Assembly (NCBI GenBank): GCA_964584335.1
Contig: CAZOZN010000003.1
Coordinates: 54,929 to 118,928 of the forward strand
Length of the DNA stretch: 64,000 nt
Source: an uncultured archaeon
GTDB lineage: Archaea > Aenigmatarchaeota > Aenigmatarchaeia > PWEA01 > JAGHBM01
Reading direction: 5' to 3'
A program made the position numbers and the translations under genes. This document shows positions 47,187 to 54,786 of the stretch, piece after piece. The first letter of the stretch is position 1, and each line of letters opens with the position of its first letter. The notes under the pieces were generated by a model, which ran no database searches, was not told the DNA's origin, and saw nothing but the letters and a program-made list of their open reading frames with translations.

Positions 47187-47884
47187 TGGAAGAACTTACA
47201 ATTGCAAAAATAATTTCTTTGGCGGCTGTTGATGCTGTAAATCCTTGTGCTCTTGCTGTCTTGAGTCTCATGCTGATAGCTATAATAACTTATAACCCAA
47301 AGAACAGAAAGAACATAATACTTGCGGGAACAGCTTTTAGCTTGTCTGTTTTTGTTATGTATTTCTTTTATGGTATTATTATAGTAAAATTTTTCCAGTT
47401 TGTTCAGGCTGTAACTTCCATAAGGATTATGCTTTACAATATACTTGGAGGAGTTGCTATAATTCTGGGAATATTGAATATCAAGGATTTCTTTTACTAT
47501 AAGCCCGGTGGGCTTGGAACTGAGATGCCAATGTTCCTTAGGCCAAAGGTTAAAAAAATAATAAATGGCATAACGTCACCAAAAGGAGCTTTTCTTATAG
47601 GAGCTTTTGTTACCTTATTTTTGCTGCCTTGTACAATAGGTCCATATGTAATAGCAGGAGGAATACTTTCTGAATTTGAAATTTTTTCCATTGCTCCCTG
47701 GCTTATTTTGTATAACCTTATATTCATTATACCCATGTTTTTAATAACTTTAATTGTTTATGCAGGCATAACAAAGGTTGAAAATGTTTCTGAATGGAAA
47801 GATAAAAACATAAAATATTTGCATTTAATATCCGGTTTAATAATATTTGTTTTAGGTGTTGCAATGGTTATGGGATGGGTTTAA
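47186..47884 (+). CDS. CcdA/DsbD-like transmembrane electron transporter
   Basis: DAVNPCA and LPCTIGPY Cys pair; about 6 TM. Confidence 0.82.
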   Translation: MEELTIAKIISLAAVDAVNPCALAVLSLMLIAIITYNPKNRKNIILAGTAFSLSVFVMYFFYGIIIVKFFQFVQAVTSIRIMLYNILGGVAIILGILNIKDFFYYKPGGLGTEMPMFLRPKVKKIINGITSPKGAFLIGAFVTLFLLPCTIGPYVIAGGILSEFEIFSIAPWLILYNLIFIIPMFLITLIVYAGITKVENVSEWKDKNIKYLHLISGLIIFVLGVAMVMGWV

Positions 47885-47925
47885 GACTTATTTAATATAT
47901 AAAAAACAATAATATATGTGGGGTT

Positions 47926-48669
47926 ATGGACGTATTAATTTGGATATTAGGCAGTACTTTTGCTATGAGTCTTATTGCCTGGATAGGTATATTTGCTCTT
48001 GCCTTTAATGAAAAAACATTAAAAAAAATAATTCTTTTTTTAGTAGCGTTTTCAGCTGGTTCTCTTATAGGAGGGGCCTTTCTTCATCTTATACCGGAGT
48101 CAATAAACAAGTCGGGCAATCAAATAGATATTTTCTTGTGGATTTTGTTTGGTTTTTCCATTTTTTTCTTGATGGAGCAGTTTCTTCAATGGCACCATTG
48201 CCACAAAGTACCTTCCGAGCACAAGAAACCTGTTACATATCTTATTTTAGTATCTGACGCTTTGCATAATTTTATAGGAGGGCTTGCAATAGCAGGTTCT
48301 TTTTTGGTTAATATTCAAACGGGAATAATAACTTGGATTGCGGCAGCCGCACACGAGATACCCCAGGAACTGGGCGACTTTGGGATACTTGTTCATGGAG
48401 GTTGGTCTAAAAATAAGGCATTACTTTTTAATTTCTTTTCAGCTCTTACAATAGTTCCTGCTGCTTTAATAGTTTACTTTGTTTCTTCTGGAATAGATAC
48501 AACTTTCTTGTTGCCTTTTGCTGCTGGAAATTTTATTTACATAGCATCCTCTGATTTAATACCTGAGGTTAAAAGCGGTGAAAGTTTAAGTAAAGGTATT
48601 GCTTATTTTATTTTTTTCCTATTGGGACTTTCTCTGATGTTGTTGGTTAAATTTACTTTTGGTGGTTGA
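47926..48669 (+). CDS. ZIP-family metal transporter
   Basis: AFLHLIPE, WHHCH, DALHNFIGG, HEIPQELGDF. Confidence 0.93.
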   Translation: MDVLIWILGSTFAMSLIAWIGIFALAFNEKTLKKIILFLVAFSAGSLIGGAFLHLIPESINKSGNQIDIFLWILFGFSIFFLMEQFLQWHHCHKVPSEHKKPVTYLILVSDALHNFIGGLAIAGSFLVNIQTGIITWIAAAAHEIPQELGDFGILVHGGWSKNKALLFNFFSALTIVPAALIVYFVSSGIDTTFLLPFAAGNFIYIASSDLIPEVKSGESLSKGIAYFIFFLLGLSLMLLVKFTFGG

Positions 48670-49062
48670 TTGAAAGGAACTTATATAATACTAATGATGA
48701 AGAAGGACAATTCTGATATAGAGATAGGCAGCCTTGGTAAAATTGAGTTTTTGAGAGGTATTTATGCTTATGTCGGGTCTGCAATGAATGGTTTGGAGAA
48801 TAGGGTAGGAAGACACTTAAACAAAAAAAATAAAAAGTTTTGGCATATAGACTATTTTTTGGGCTATCCCAAGGTTAGTATAGTTCAAATTTACTATAAG
48901 AAGTCAATAAAAAAGGATGAGTGTAAAGTAGCTGAAAAGGTCTCAAAATATGGCGAACCTGTTAAAGGCTTTGGATGTTCGGACTGCAAATGCCAAAGCC
49001 ATCTATTCAGAATAAACAAGAAATTCAATCCCAAGAAATGGCCTTACTGGAAAATATACTAG
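48670..49062 (+). CDS. DUF123 / GIY-YIG (Uri superfamily) endonuclease
   Basis: KGTYIL, YAYVGSA, WHIDY, GFGCSDCKCQSHL. Confidence 0.88.
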   Translation: MKGTYIILMMKKDNSDIEIGSLGKIEFLRGIYAYVGSAMNGLENRVGRHLNKKNKKFWHIDYFLGYPKVSIVQIYYKKSIKKDECKVAEKVSKYGEPVKGFGCSDCKCQSHLFRINKKFNPKKWPYWKIY

Positions 49063-50750
49063 GACCTTTCTTTTATTTCATTTTTAATATCTTTAATGAA
49101 TTCGTCTTTATTAACTCCGTAGTCTATTTTACCGTTTCTTCTTACTGCTATTGTACCCTTTTCCTCTTCCTTGTCTCCTATAACTATTATATATGGTATC
49201 TTTTCCAGTTCTGCGTTTCTAATTCTTCCTTGCATTGGAGCACTTTCCAAGTCTATTTCTGCTCTAATACCTTCTTTTTCAAATTCTTTGTAGAGTTTTT
49301 TTGATGTTTCTTTGTTGCGGTCGGTAAAAGAAAGTATTTTTGCCTGCACCGGCGCTAGCCATATTGGAAGATGGCCATTTGTATGCTCTAAAAGTATTCC
49401 AATAAATCTTTCCATGCTTCCGTAAACGGTTCTGTGTACCATTACAGGCTTGTGTTCTTTGTTATCCTTTCCCGTATATTTTAAGTCAAACCTTTCCGGC
49501 ATTGCAAAATCTAATTGTATTGTTGCGCATTGCCAAGTCCTGTTTAGGCTATCTTTTACATGAAAGTCTATTTTGGGACCGTAGAATGCTCCGTCTCCCT
49601 CGTTTATCTTGTGTTTTATTTTCTTTTTTTCAAGAACATTTTTTAGAATATCTTCTGCCCTGTCCCACATTTCATCGGTACCTATTCTTTTTTGCGGCCT
49701 TGTTGAAAGTTCAACAGAGTAGCTAAACCCGAATTTTTTATAGAACTTGTCGGTCAGCTCTATTATATTTATTATTTCACTTTCTAGTTGCTCTTCCATA
49801 CAATATATGTGAGCATCGTCTTGGGTAAATTTTATTACTCTAAAAAGCCCGCCCAAAACACCGGAAAGCTCTTGCCTGTAAACCACACCCAGCTCTCCTA
49901 CTCTTAGTGGAAAGTCCTTGTAAGACTTTGGTGAGTTTTTAAAGATTAGTATACCTCCTGGACAGTTCATTGGTTTTACTGCAAATTTCCTTTCCTCGTA
50001 ATCTGTAAGAAATATATTTTCCTTGTATTTGTTCCAGTGGCCTGATATACACCACAATTTTTTATCGAGAATTTGAGGAGTTGAAATTTCCTTGTATCCA
50101 GCTTTTCTGTGTTCCTCTCTCCAGTATTCTACCAGTTCCTTGTAAATTGTATAACCCTTATCATGCCAGAAAACCATTCCGGGGGCCATCTCGCTAAATG
50201 AGAAAAGATCCATTTCCTGTCCCAGAATCCTATGGTCGTTTGGTTCCAGTTTATCTCTCATTATTTTGGTTTTTGATATTTCTCTGAGTAGTTTTTTATA
50301 GTCAAAATCTTCTTCCTCTTCACTTTCACTTTCGGGTTTTATTTCCCTGCTTAGTTCCGAGAGAGGATGACCTTTTACTGAAATCTCAAATGCTTTATAC
50401 CACCCGAAAGGCATTTTTTGTACTTCATATTTTTCTTTTTTAAAGTAATCAAACAATCCGTTTAAGACCTTTTGTGCAGTCGCAGGAGATGATGGTTTTT
50501 GGCTAAGATGTACGTAAGGGTATATTACTATTTCTTTTGCTTTCACTTGTTCATAGACATTTTTTATTTCCTTTACCCCACTCTCCACCACTTCCTTGGT
50601 ATTTTTTTCATCACCTTTCTCTACAGAAGTAAATATAACCAATGTTTCCTTTGAAACCATTTCCTTTTTTTCTATCTCATCGGCATTTTTAATAGCCCTT
50701 TTCGTAGGCCTTACTTTTATATAATCGGAATGCAAACACAAAATTTTCAT
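49059..50750 (-). CDS. thrS: Threonine--tRNA ligase
   Basis: Archaeal editing domain (MKILCLHSDYI, YPYVHLS, PFGWYKAF, KGHPLSELSR); catalytic KPMNCP, FTQDDAH, GAFYGPKID, HRTVYGSMERF. Confidence 0.96.
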   Translation of the reverse strand: MKILCLHSDYIKVRPTKRAIKNADEIEKKEMVSKETLVIFTSVEKGDEKNTKEVVESGVKEIKNVYEQVKAKEIVIYPYVHLSQKPSSPATAQKVLNGLFDYFKKEKYEVQKMPFGWYKAFEISVKGHPLSELSREIKPESESEEEEDFDYKKLLREISKTKIMRDKLEPNDHRILGQEMDLFSFSEMAPGMVFWHDKGYTIYKELVEYWREEHRKAGYKEISTPQILDKKLWCISGHWNKYKENIFLTDYEERKFAVKPMNCPGGILIFKNSPKSYKDFPLRVGELGVVYRQELSGVLGGLFRVIKFTQDDAHIYCMEEQLESEIINIIELTDKFYKKFGFSYSVELSTRPQKRIGTDEMWDRAEDILKNVLEKKKIKHKINEGDGAFYGPKIDFHVKDSLNRTWQCATIQLDFAMPERFDLKYTGKDNKEHKPVMVHRTVYGSMERFIGILLEHTNGHLPIWLAPVQAKILSFTDRNKETSKKLYKEFEKEGIRAEIDLESAPMQGRIRNAELEKIPYIIVIGDKEEEKGTIAVRRNGKIDYGVNKDEFIKDIKNEIKERS

Positions 50751-50830
50751 TTTAATCCCTTATTTAATACTTAAGAATAAACTTAATAAATGTTTGGTAT
50801 CAATAAATAGTATCTAAATAGTCCCAGTAC

Positions 50831-50872
50831 CCGTAGAAAACTTTTTAAAAAGTTTTATCAAAACTTCTACGG
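50831..50872. repeat. Hairpin element in the tRNA-Gln leader carrying the AAAACTTTTT/AAAAAGTTTT-ATCAAAACTT motif
   Basis: CCGTAGAA...TTCTACGG outer stem around a perfect 20-bp palindrome at 50837-50856. Confidence 0.65.
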
Positions 50873-50888
50873 AAGAATTAATTAATAT

Positions 50889-51156
50889 AGCCCCGTAGTC
50901 TAGAAAGTTTTTCTCTTTTACAAAAGAGAAACCCTTTAGGGAAAGAGAAAGCTCTTTGACTTGGATAATGGCCAAGGATTTCGGGCTTTGGACACGCTTC
51001 CAAAGCGTTGAGGCGAAAGCCTGTGAAAGGAAGAAACCCGGAGACAGCGGTTCGAAAACAAAACCTTTTTCATAAAAAGGCTTTGTATTCCCAAAAACTT
51101 GCAAATCCGAAGGATTTGTTAAGGGTTGGATAACGAAATTCCGCTCGGGGCTACCA
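50889..51156 (+). tRNA. tRNA-Gln(UUG) with three introns: 15/16 (50904-50968), 37/38 (50992-51035) and 59/60 (51057-51139); CCA encoded
   Basis: Exons 50889-50903, 50969-50991, 51036-51056 and 51140-51156 give the 76-nt AGCCCCG TA GTCT AGTGGCCAA GGAT T TCGGG CT TTG GA CCCGG AGAC AGCGG TTCGAAT CCGCT CGGGGCT A CCA; A1-U72 archaeal Gln identity pair; each intron has a 4-bp central helix with 3-nt bulges (GTCT/GGAT, CTTT/GAAG, TTCG/CGAA). Confidence 0.93.
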
Positions 51157-51193
51157 AATTTAATTTTATTAATAATATTTTTTTAATAATATT

Positions 51194-52270
51194 ATGTCTC
51201 TGAAGTACAGTAGTCTGATTAGGCAGCATTTATCTATTCTTAAAAATCTTCAATACGAATCTGGTCTTTTTGCTGCATCGAAGAAAAGGTCAAGTACAGG
51301 ATATAACAAAAGCTGGTTACGTGACAATTTTTACGAGTGTTTGGCCTTCCAAGTATTGGATGATTGGGATACTGTTTTTAAGACTTACAAATCAATTTTA
51401 AGAATTTTTGAAAAACACGAATACAAGATAGACCGTGCAATTTCAAAAAAACCCGAACACAGGCACGAATATATTCATGCCCGTTATCACCCTCATACAT
51501 TTGACGAATTTTGGGACGACTGGGGCAATAAGCAGAACGACTCGATAGGAGCTATACTTTTTGCTATAGGAAGTCTGATGGAAAAAGGTAAACAAATTTT
51601 AACTAGAGATAAGGATTATGTCTTGGTTCAAAAACTGGTTGATTACTTGTCAACACTGGAGTACTGGCATGACGAGGATAGTGGTATGTGGGAAGAGGAT
51701 GAGGAAGTTCATGCTTCTTCTATAGGCGCTTGTCTGGCTGGTCTTAATAAGGTCAGCAAGATAGATGGCATAAAAGTTGACAGGAAGTTAATAAAAAATG
51801 GAAAAAAAGCACTGCATAATATCTTGCCACGTGAATCAAAGAGTAAATTTGTTGATTTGGCTTTACTATCTCTGATTTGGCCTTACGAAGTTACTAGTAA
51901 GACCGAGACAAGGGAAATATTAAACAATGTCAGGTATCATTTGGAAAGGAGTAGGGGCGTTATTCGTTACAAAAATGACCATTATTATAATAAGAACCCC
52001 GATGGTTATTCTGAAGAAGCAGAATGGACTTTTGGTTTTAGTTGGTTGGCAATAATTTATAATAAACTAGGAATGTTAAGAGTAGCAAAAAAATATGAAA
52101 AACTTGCTGTTGAAACAACAACTGAAAGCGGGATACCAGAGCTTTACTTTTCACATACAGACAAATATAATCCAAACACACCGTTGGGTTGGTCAGAATC
52201 CCTTTTTATAATTGCTCTTTATAATATCAATAAAAAACACAAAGGCAACAAAAATGCAGTTAAAAAATAA
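51194..52270 (+). CDS. Glycoside hydrolase family 15-like (glucoamylase/phosphorylase-kinase-like) protein
   Basis: GLFAAS, SWLRDN, QNDSIG, DSGMWEE, GVIRYKND.Y, PELY, PLGWSES. Confidence 0.85.
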   Translation: MSLKYSSLIRQHLSILKNLQYESGLFAASKKRSSTGYNKSWLRDNFYECLAFQVLDDWDTVFKTYKSILRIFEKHEYKIDRAISKKPEHRHEYIHARYHPHTFDEFWDDWGNKQNDSIGAILFAIGSLMEKGKQILTRDKDYVLVQKLVDYLSTLEYWHDEDSGMWEEDEEVHASSIGACLAGLNKVSKIDGIKVDRKLIKNGKKALHNILPRESKSKFVDLALLSLIWPYEVTSKTETREILNNVRYHLERSRGVIRYKNDHYYNKNPDGYSEEAEWTFGFSWLAIIYNKLGMLRVAKKYEKLAVETTTESGIPELYFSHTDKYNPNTPLGWSESLFIIALYNINKKHKGNKNAVKK

Positions 52271-52568
52271 TGCAAGCATAAAAGAAGTGCAGGCATACGT
52301 TAAGCATGTTCTCAGAGAGAGGGGATTTGAAGATGAGACTTTAATTGAAAAATGCCTTCTTTTAGGGGAAGAAATAGGAGAGCTCTATAAGGCAGTAAGA
52401 AAAGCCAACGGAGTAAAATGCGATGAGAATTCTAAATTCAGCAATGTAGAACATGAGCTTGCTGATATATTAATGTACACGTTTGATATAGCAAATAAAT
52501 TTGGAATAGACCTGGAAGATGCTTTCCACAAAAAAGAAGAAATAAACAAAAACCGTTCTTGGGAGTAA
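52254..52568 (+). CDS. MazG-like nucleotide pyrophosphohydrolase
   Basis: LLGEEIGELYKAVRK, HELADIL, KEEINKNR; ATG 52254. Confidence 0.9.
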   Translation: MQLKNNASIKEVQAYVKHVLRERGFEDETLIEKCLLLGEEIGELYKAVRKANGVKCDENSKFSNVEHELADILMYTFDIANKFGIDLEDAFHKKEEINKNRSWE

Positions 52569-52581
52569 CTGGAGGATTTTT

Positions 52582-53091
52582 ATGATTAAAGTTCTTAGAC
52601 TTGGTCACAGGCTGGGCAGGGATGCTAGGATATCTACACATTGCGGCCTAGTTGCCCGTGCTTTTGGCGCCAAAGAGATAATGTTTTCGGGTGATACCGA
52701 TAAAAAAATGATAAAATCTATTGAAAATGTTACAGAGGAATGGGGAGGTCCTTTCTATGCCTCGTTCGTTGATTGGAAAAAAACCCTTAGAGATTTTAAT
52801 GGAACAAAAGTACATCTTACCATGTACGGTTTGCCCTTGGATAAAAAGATTGGTGAGATTAGAAAAAGGGATAAATTAATGATTATAGTCGGCGGAGAAA
52901 AAGTTCCCGGTGAAATTTATAATATGGTTGATTACAATATAGGAGTTAGCAACCAGCCCCATTCAGAGATAGCTGCTCTTTCAGTGTTTTTAGACCGCTA
53001 CTTTAATGGAAAAGAACTAATTAAGGATTTCAAGAACGCTAAAACAAAAGTTGAACCATGCAAGAAAGGTAAAAAAATAGACAGACTTTGA
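52582..53091 (+). CDS. trm56: tRNA (cytidine(56)-2'-O)-methyltransferase aTrm56
   Basis: VLRLGHRLGRDARISTHCGLVARAFGA, VHLTMYG, GGEKVP, NQPHSEIAAL. Confidence 0.95.
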   Translation: MIKVLRLGHRLGRDARISTHCGLVARAFGAKEIMFSGDTDKKMIKSIENVTEEWGGPFYASFVDWKKTLRDFNGTKVHLTMYGLPLDKKIGEIRKRDKLMIIVGGEKVPGEIYNMVDYNIGVSNQPHSEIAALSVFLDRYFNGKELIKDFKNAKTKVEPCKKGKKIDRL

Positions 53092-54786
53092 TTATTTTAT
53101 CTTGTATAAAGTAAATTTTTTGTATCTTCCGGTAACATTTGAATATACTTCCATATCAAAATTATCGTGGAAATATTTGCATGGTCCGGATTTCCAAGGT
53201 TCGGAACTGCACCAATATTCCTCATAAAACATAACACAATCTTCTTTCATTATATTTTCTCTTACTTCTTTATTCTGTGCATACCATGCCTGCAAAGAAT
53301 TTTTACCGTTTACGAGAATTACGCTCGGTACGTGAGTAAATATCCAACACTCGTCATCAATTTCTTTCATTTCTTCTACTACGAAATCGTGAGCAAGCCT
53401 TGCATCCCAAGCCTTTTCCCCTAGTCCTGTAGAATATTCGTAGAATGGCACAAAAGATACTATTATTATTATTGAAATTATTGAAATTGAAATATATTCT
53501 TTTTTTAATAATTTGTTTATATTCTTTGAAATAAGATATGCTCCACAGCCCCCAAGCAGAGCTAAAGGTATATAGAGATTTAGTGAGAATCTTACATCCA
53601 CCCCATAATCAAAACTGCCTGCATAAAAGAGTAGATATAGAACGAAAAAAATCAGAAACCAGACAATAAGTATTGACTTTGTTCTCATTCCTTTAAGAAA
53701 ATTCTTCAGAGATATTTTTCCTTTGAAAGGGTATAATCCTATTATACCCAGTATTGTAAACAAAACAGGAAATCTAATATTCTTAAAGAAAAACATACCA
53801 TTTACGTTTAGGTTATTTTCCACATATTCTAGGCCCAGTTTGTTCCCTGAAGCGCCCCATCCTTCTGATTTAACTGATGATGTATGAAGCATATGAGGCA
53901 CTATGAGTATAAAAAATATTGTAAAAAATATTAGGAAATTTCTTTTTTCAAAGTCCTTGAAAGGTTCTTTGTTTAGCAAGAAGAATGAAATAAATATTAC
54001 TATAAGGAACATTATACCTTCAGGTCTTACCTGTATTGCGTAAGCAAGCGTGGAAAATGACAGAAGAAGTATCGTTGTTTTTTTTGTCTTAAAATAACAC
54101 AAGAAAGAAAATAAAGTCAAGGAAATAAAAAATATGGATACCGAACCTGCTGTAGTAGTCGGTGCCCATATTATTGTTATAGGTATTAGCGAAAAAATCA
54201 AGGAAGATAGAATGCCTATTTTTTTGTTTTCAAATAAAAGATAACCTATTAGAAAAATCATCGGTATTGTTAGACTGCTTATAAATGCTGTAAGATAATG
54301 AGCAGCACTTTCACTTGCGTTAAAAATAAATATAGGGCTCATTAGGAAGGAATAGCCGTTAGGCTGCTTGTTGTATATTCCTTCAAAACATTTTTCCTGA
54401 TTGCCGTAGTTGCATAATATTACCCTGCCTTCTTTAGCAATATTTTGTCCTATATTTAGGTATATGTCTTCGTCGTAAAAAAGTCTGTGCGTATGAGGAG
54501 AGGCGAAAGTTCTCAGGGACATACCACATAAAAATATTATAATAACAACTATCCATGTTTTTTTATCTACATTTTTAAAAATTTTCTTTATATCTTTTAT
54601 GCTCAAGAAAAATGATATTAATATTATACCTAGAGTTAATGCAAAGAATATTGGTGTTATCCACATTAGGTTTTGTTGTATTACATTTTTTTCTATTTTA
54701 TTTTCTATGTATAATGTAACGATTAAGAAAAATATGGATATTATTATCAGAGGCAGTGTATTTAGAAATTTTTCTTTTAATTTCAT
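53092..54786 (-). CDS. GT-C (family 39/ArnT-PMT-like) membrane glycosyltransferase
   Basis: FYDEDIY loop motif, QVRPE, multiple TM. Confidence 0.8.
   Translation of the reverse strand: MKLKEKFLNTLPLIIISIFFLIVTLYIENKIEKNVIQQNLMWITPIFFALTLGIILISFFLSIKDIKKIFKNVDKKTWIVVIIIFLCGMSLRTFASPHTHRLFYDEDIYLNIGQNIAKEGRVILCNYGNQEKCFEGIYNKQPNGYSFLMSPIFIFNASESAAHYLTAFISSLTIPMIFLIGYLLFENKKIGILSSLIFSLIPITIIWAPTTTAGSVSIFFISLTLFSFLCYFKTKKTTILLLSFSTLAYAIQVRPEGIMFLIVIFISFFLLNKEPFKDFEKRNFLIFFTIFFILIVPHMLHTSSVKSEGWGASGNKLGLEYVENNLNVNGMFFFKNIRFPVLFTILGIIGLYPFKGKISLKNFLKGMRTKSILIVWFLIFFVLYLLFYAGSFDYGVDVRFSLNLYIPLALLGGCGAYLISKNINKLLKKEYISISIISIIIIVSFVPFYEYSTGLGEKAWDARLAHDFVVEEMKEIDDECWIFTHVPSVILVNGKNSLQAWYAQNKEVRENIMKEDCVMFYEEYWCSSEPWKSGPCKYFHDNFDMEVYSNVTGRYKKFTLYKIK

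Noticed and set aside
50992-51035. Hammerhead-like look of Gln intron 2 (TGAGGCGAAAGCC..GAAA)
   Set aside because: Lacks the CUGANGA core and correct stem I/III arrangement; BHB splicing explains it
50814-51104. 96-aa minus-strand ORF
   Set aside because: Antisense to the three-intron tRNA-Gln; spurious
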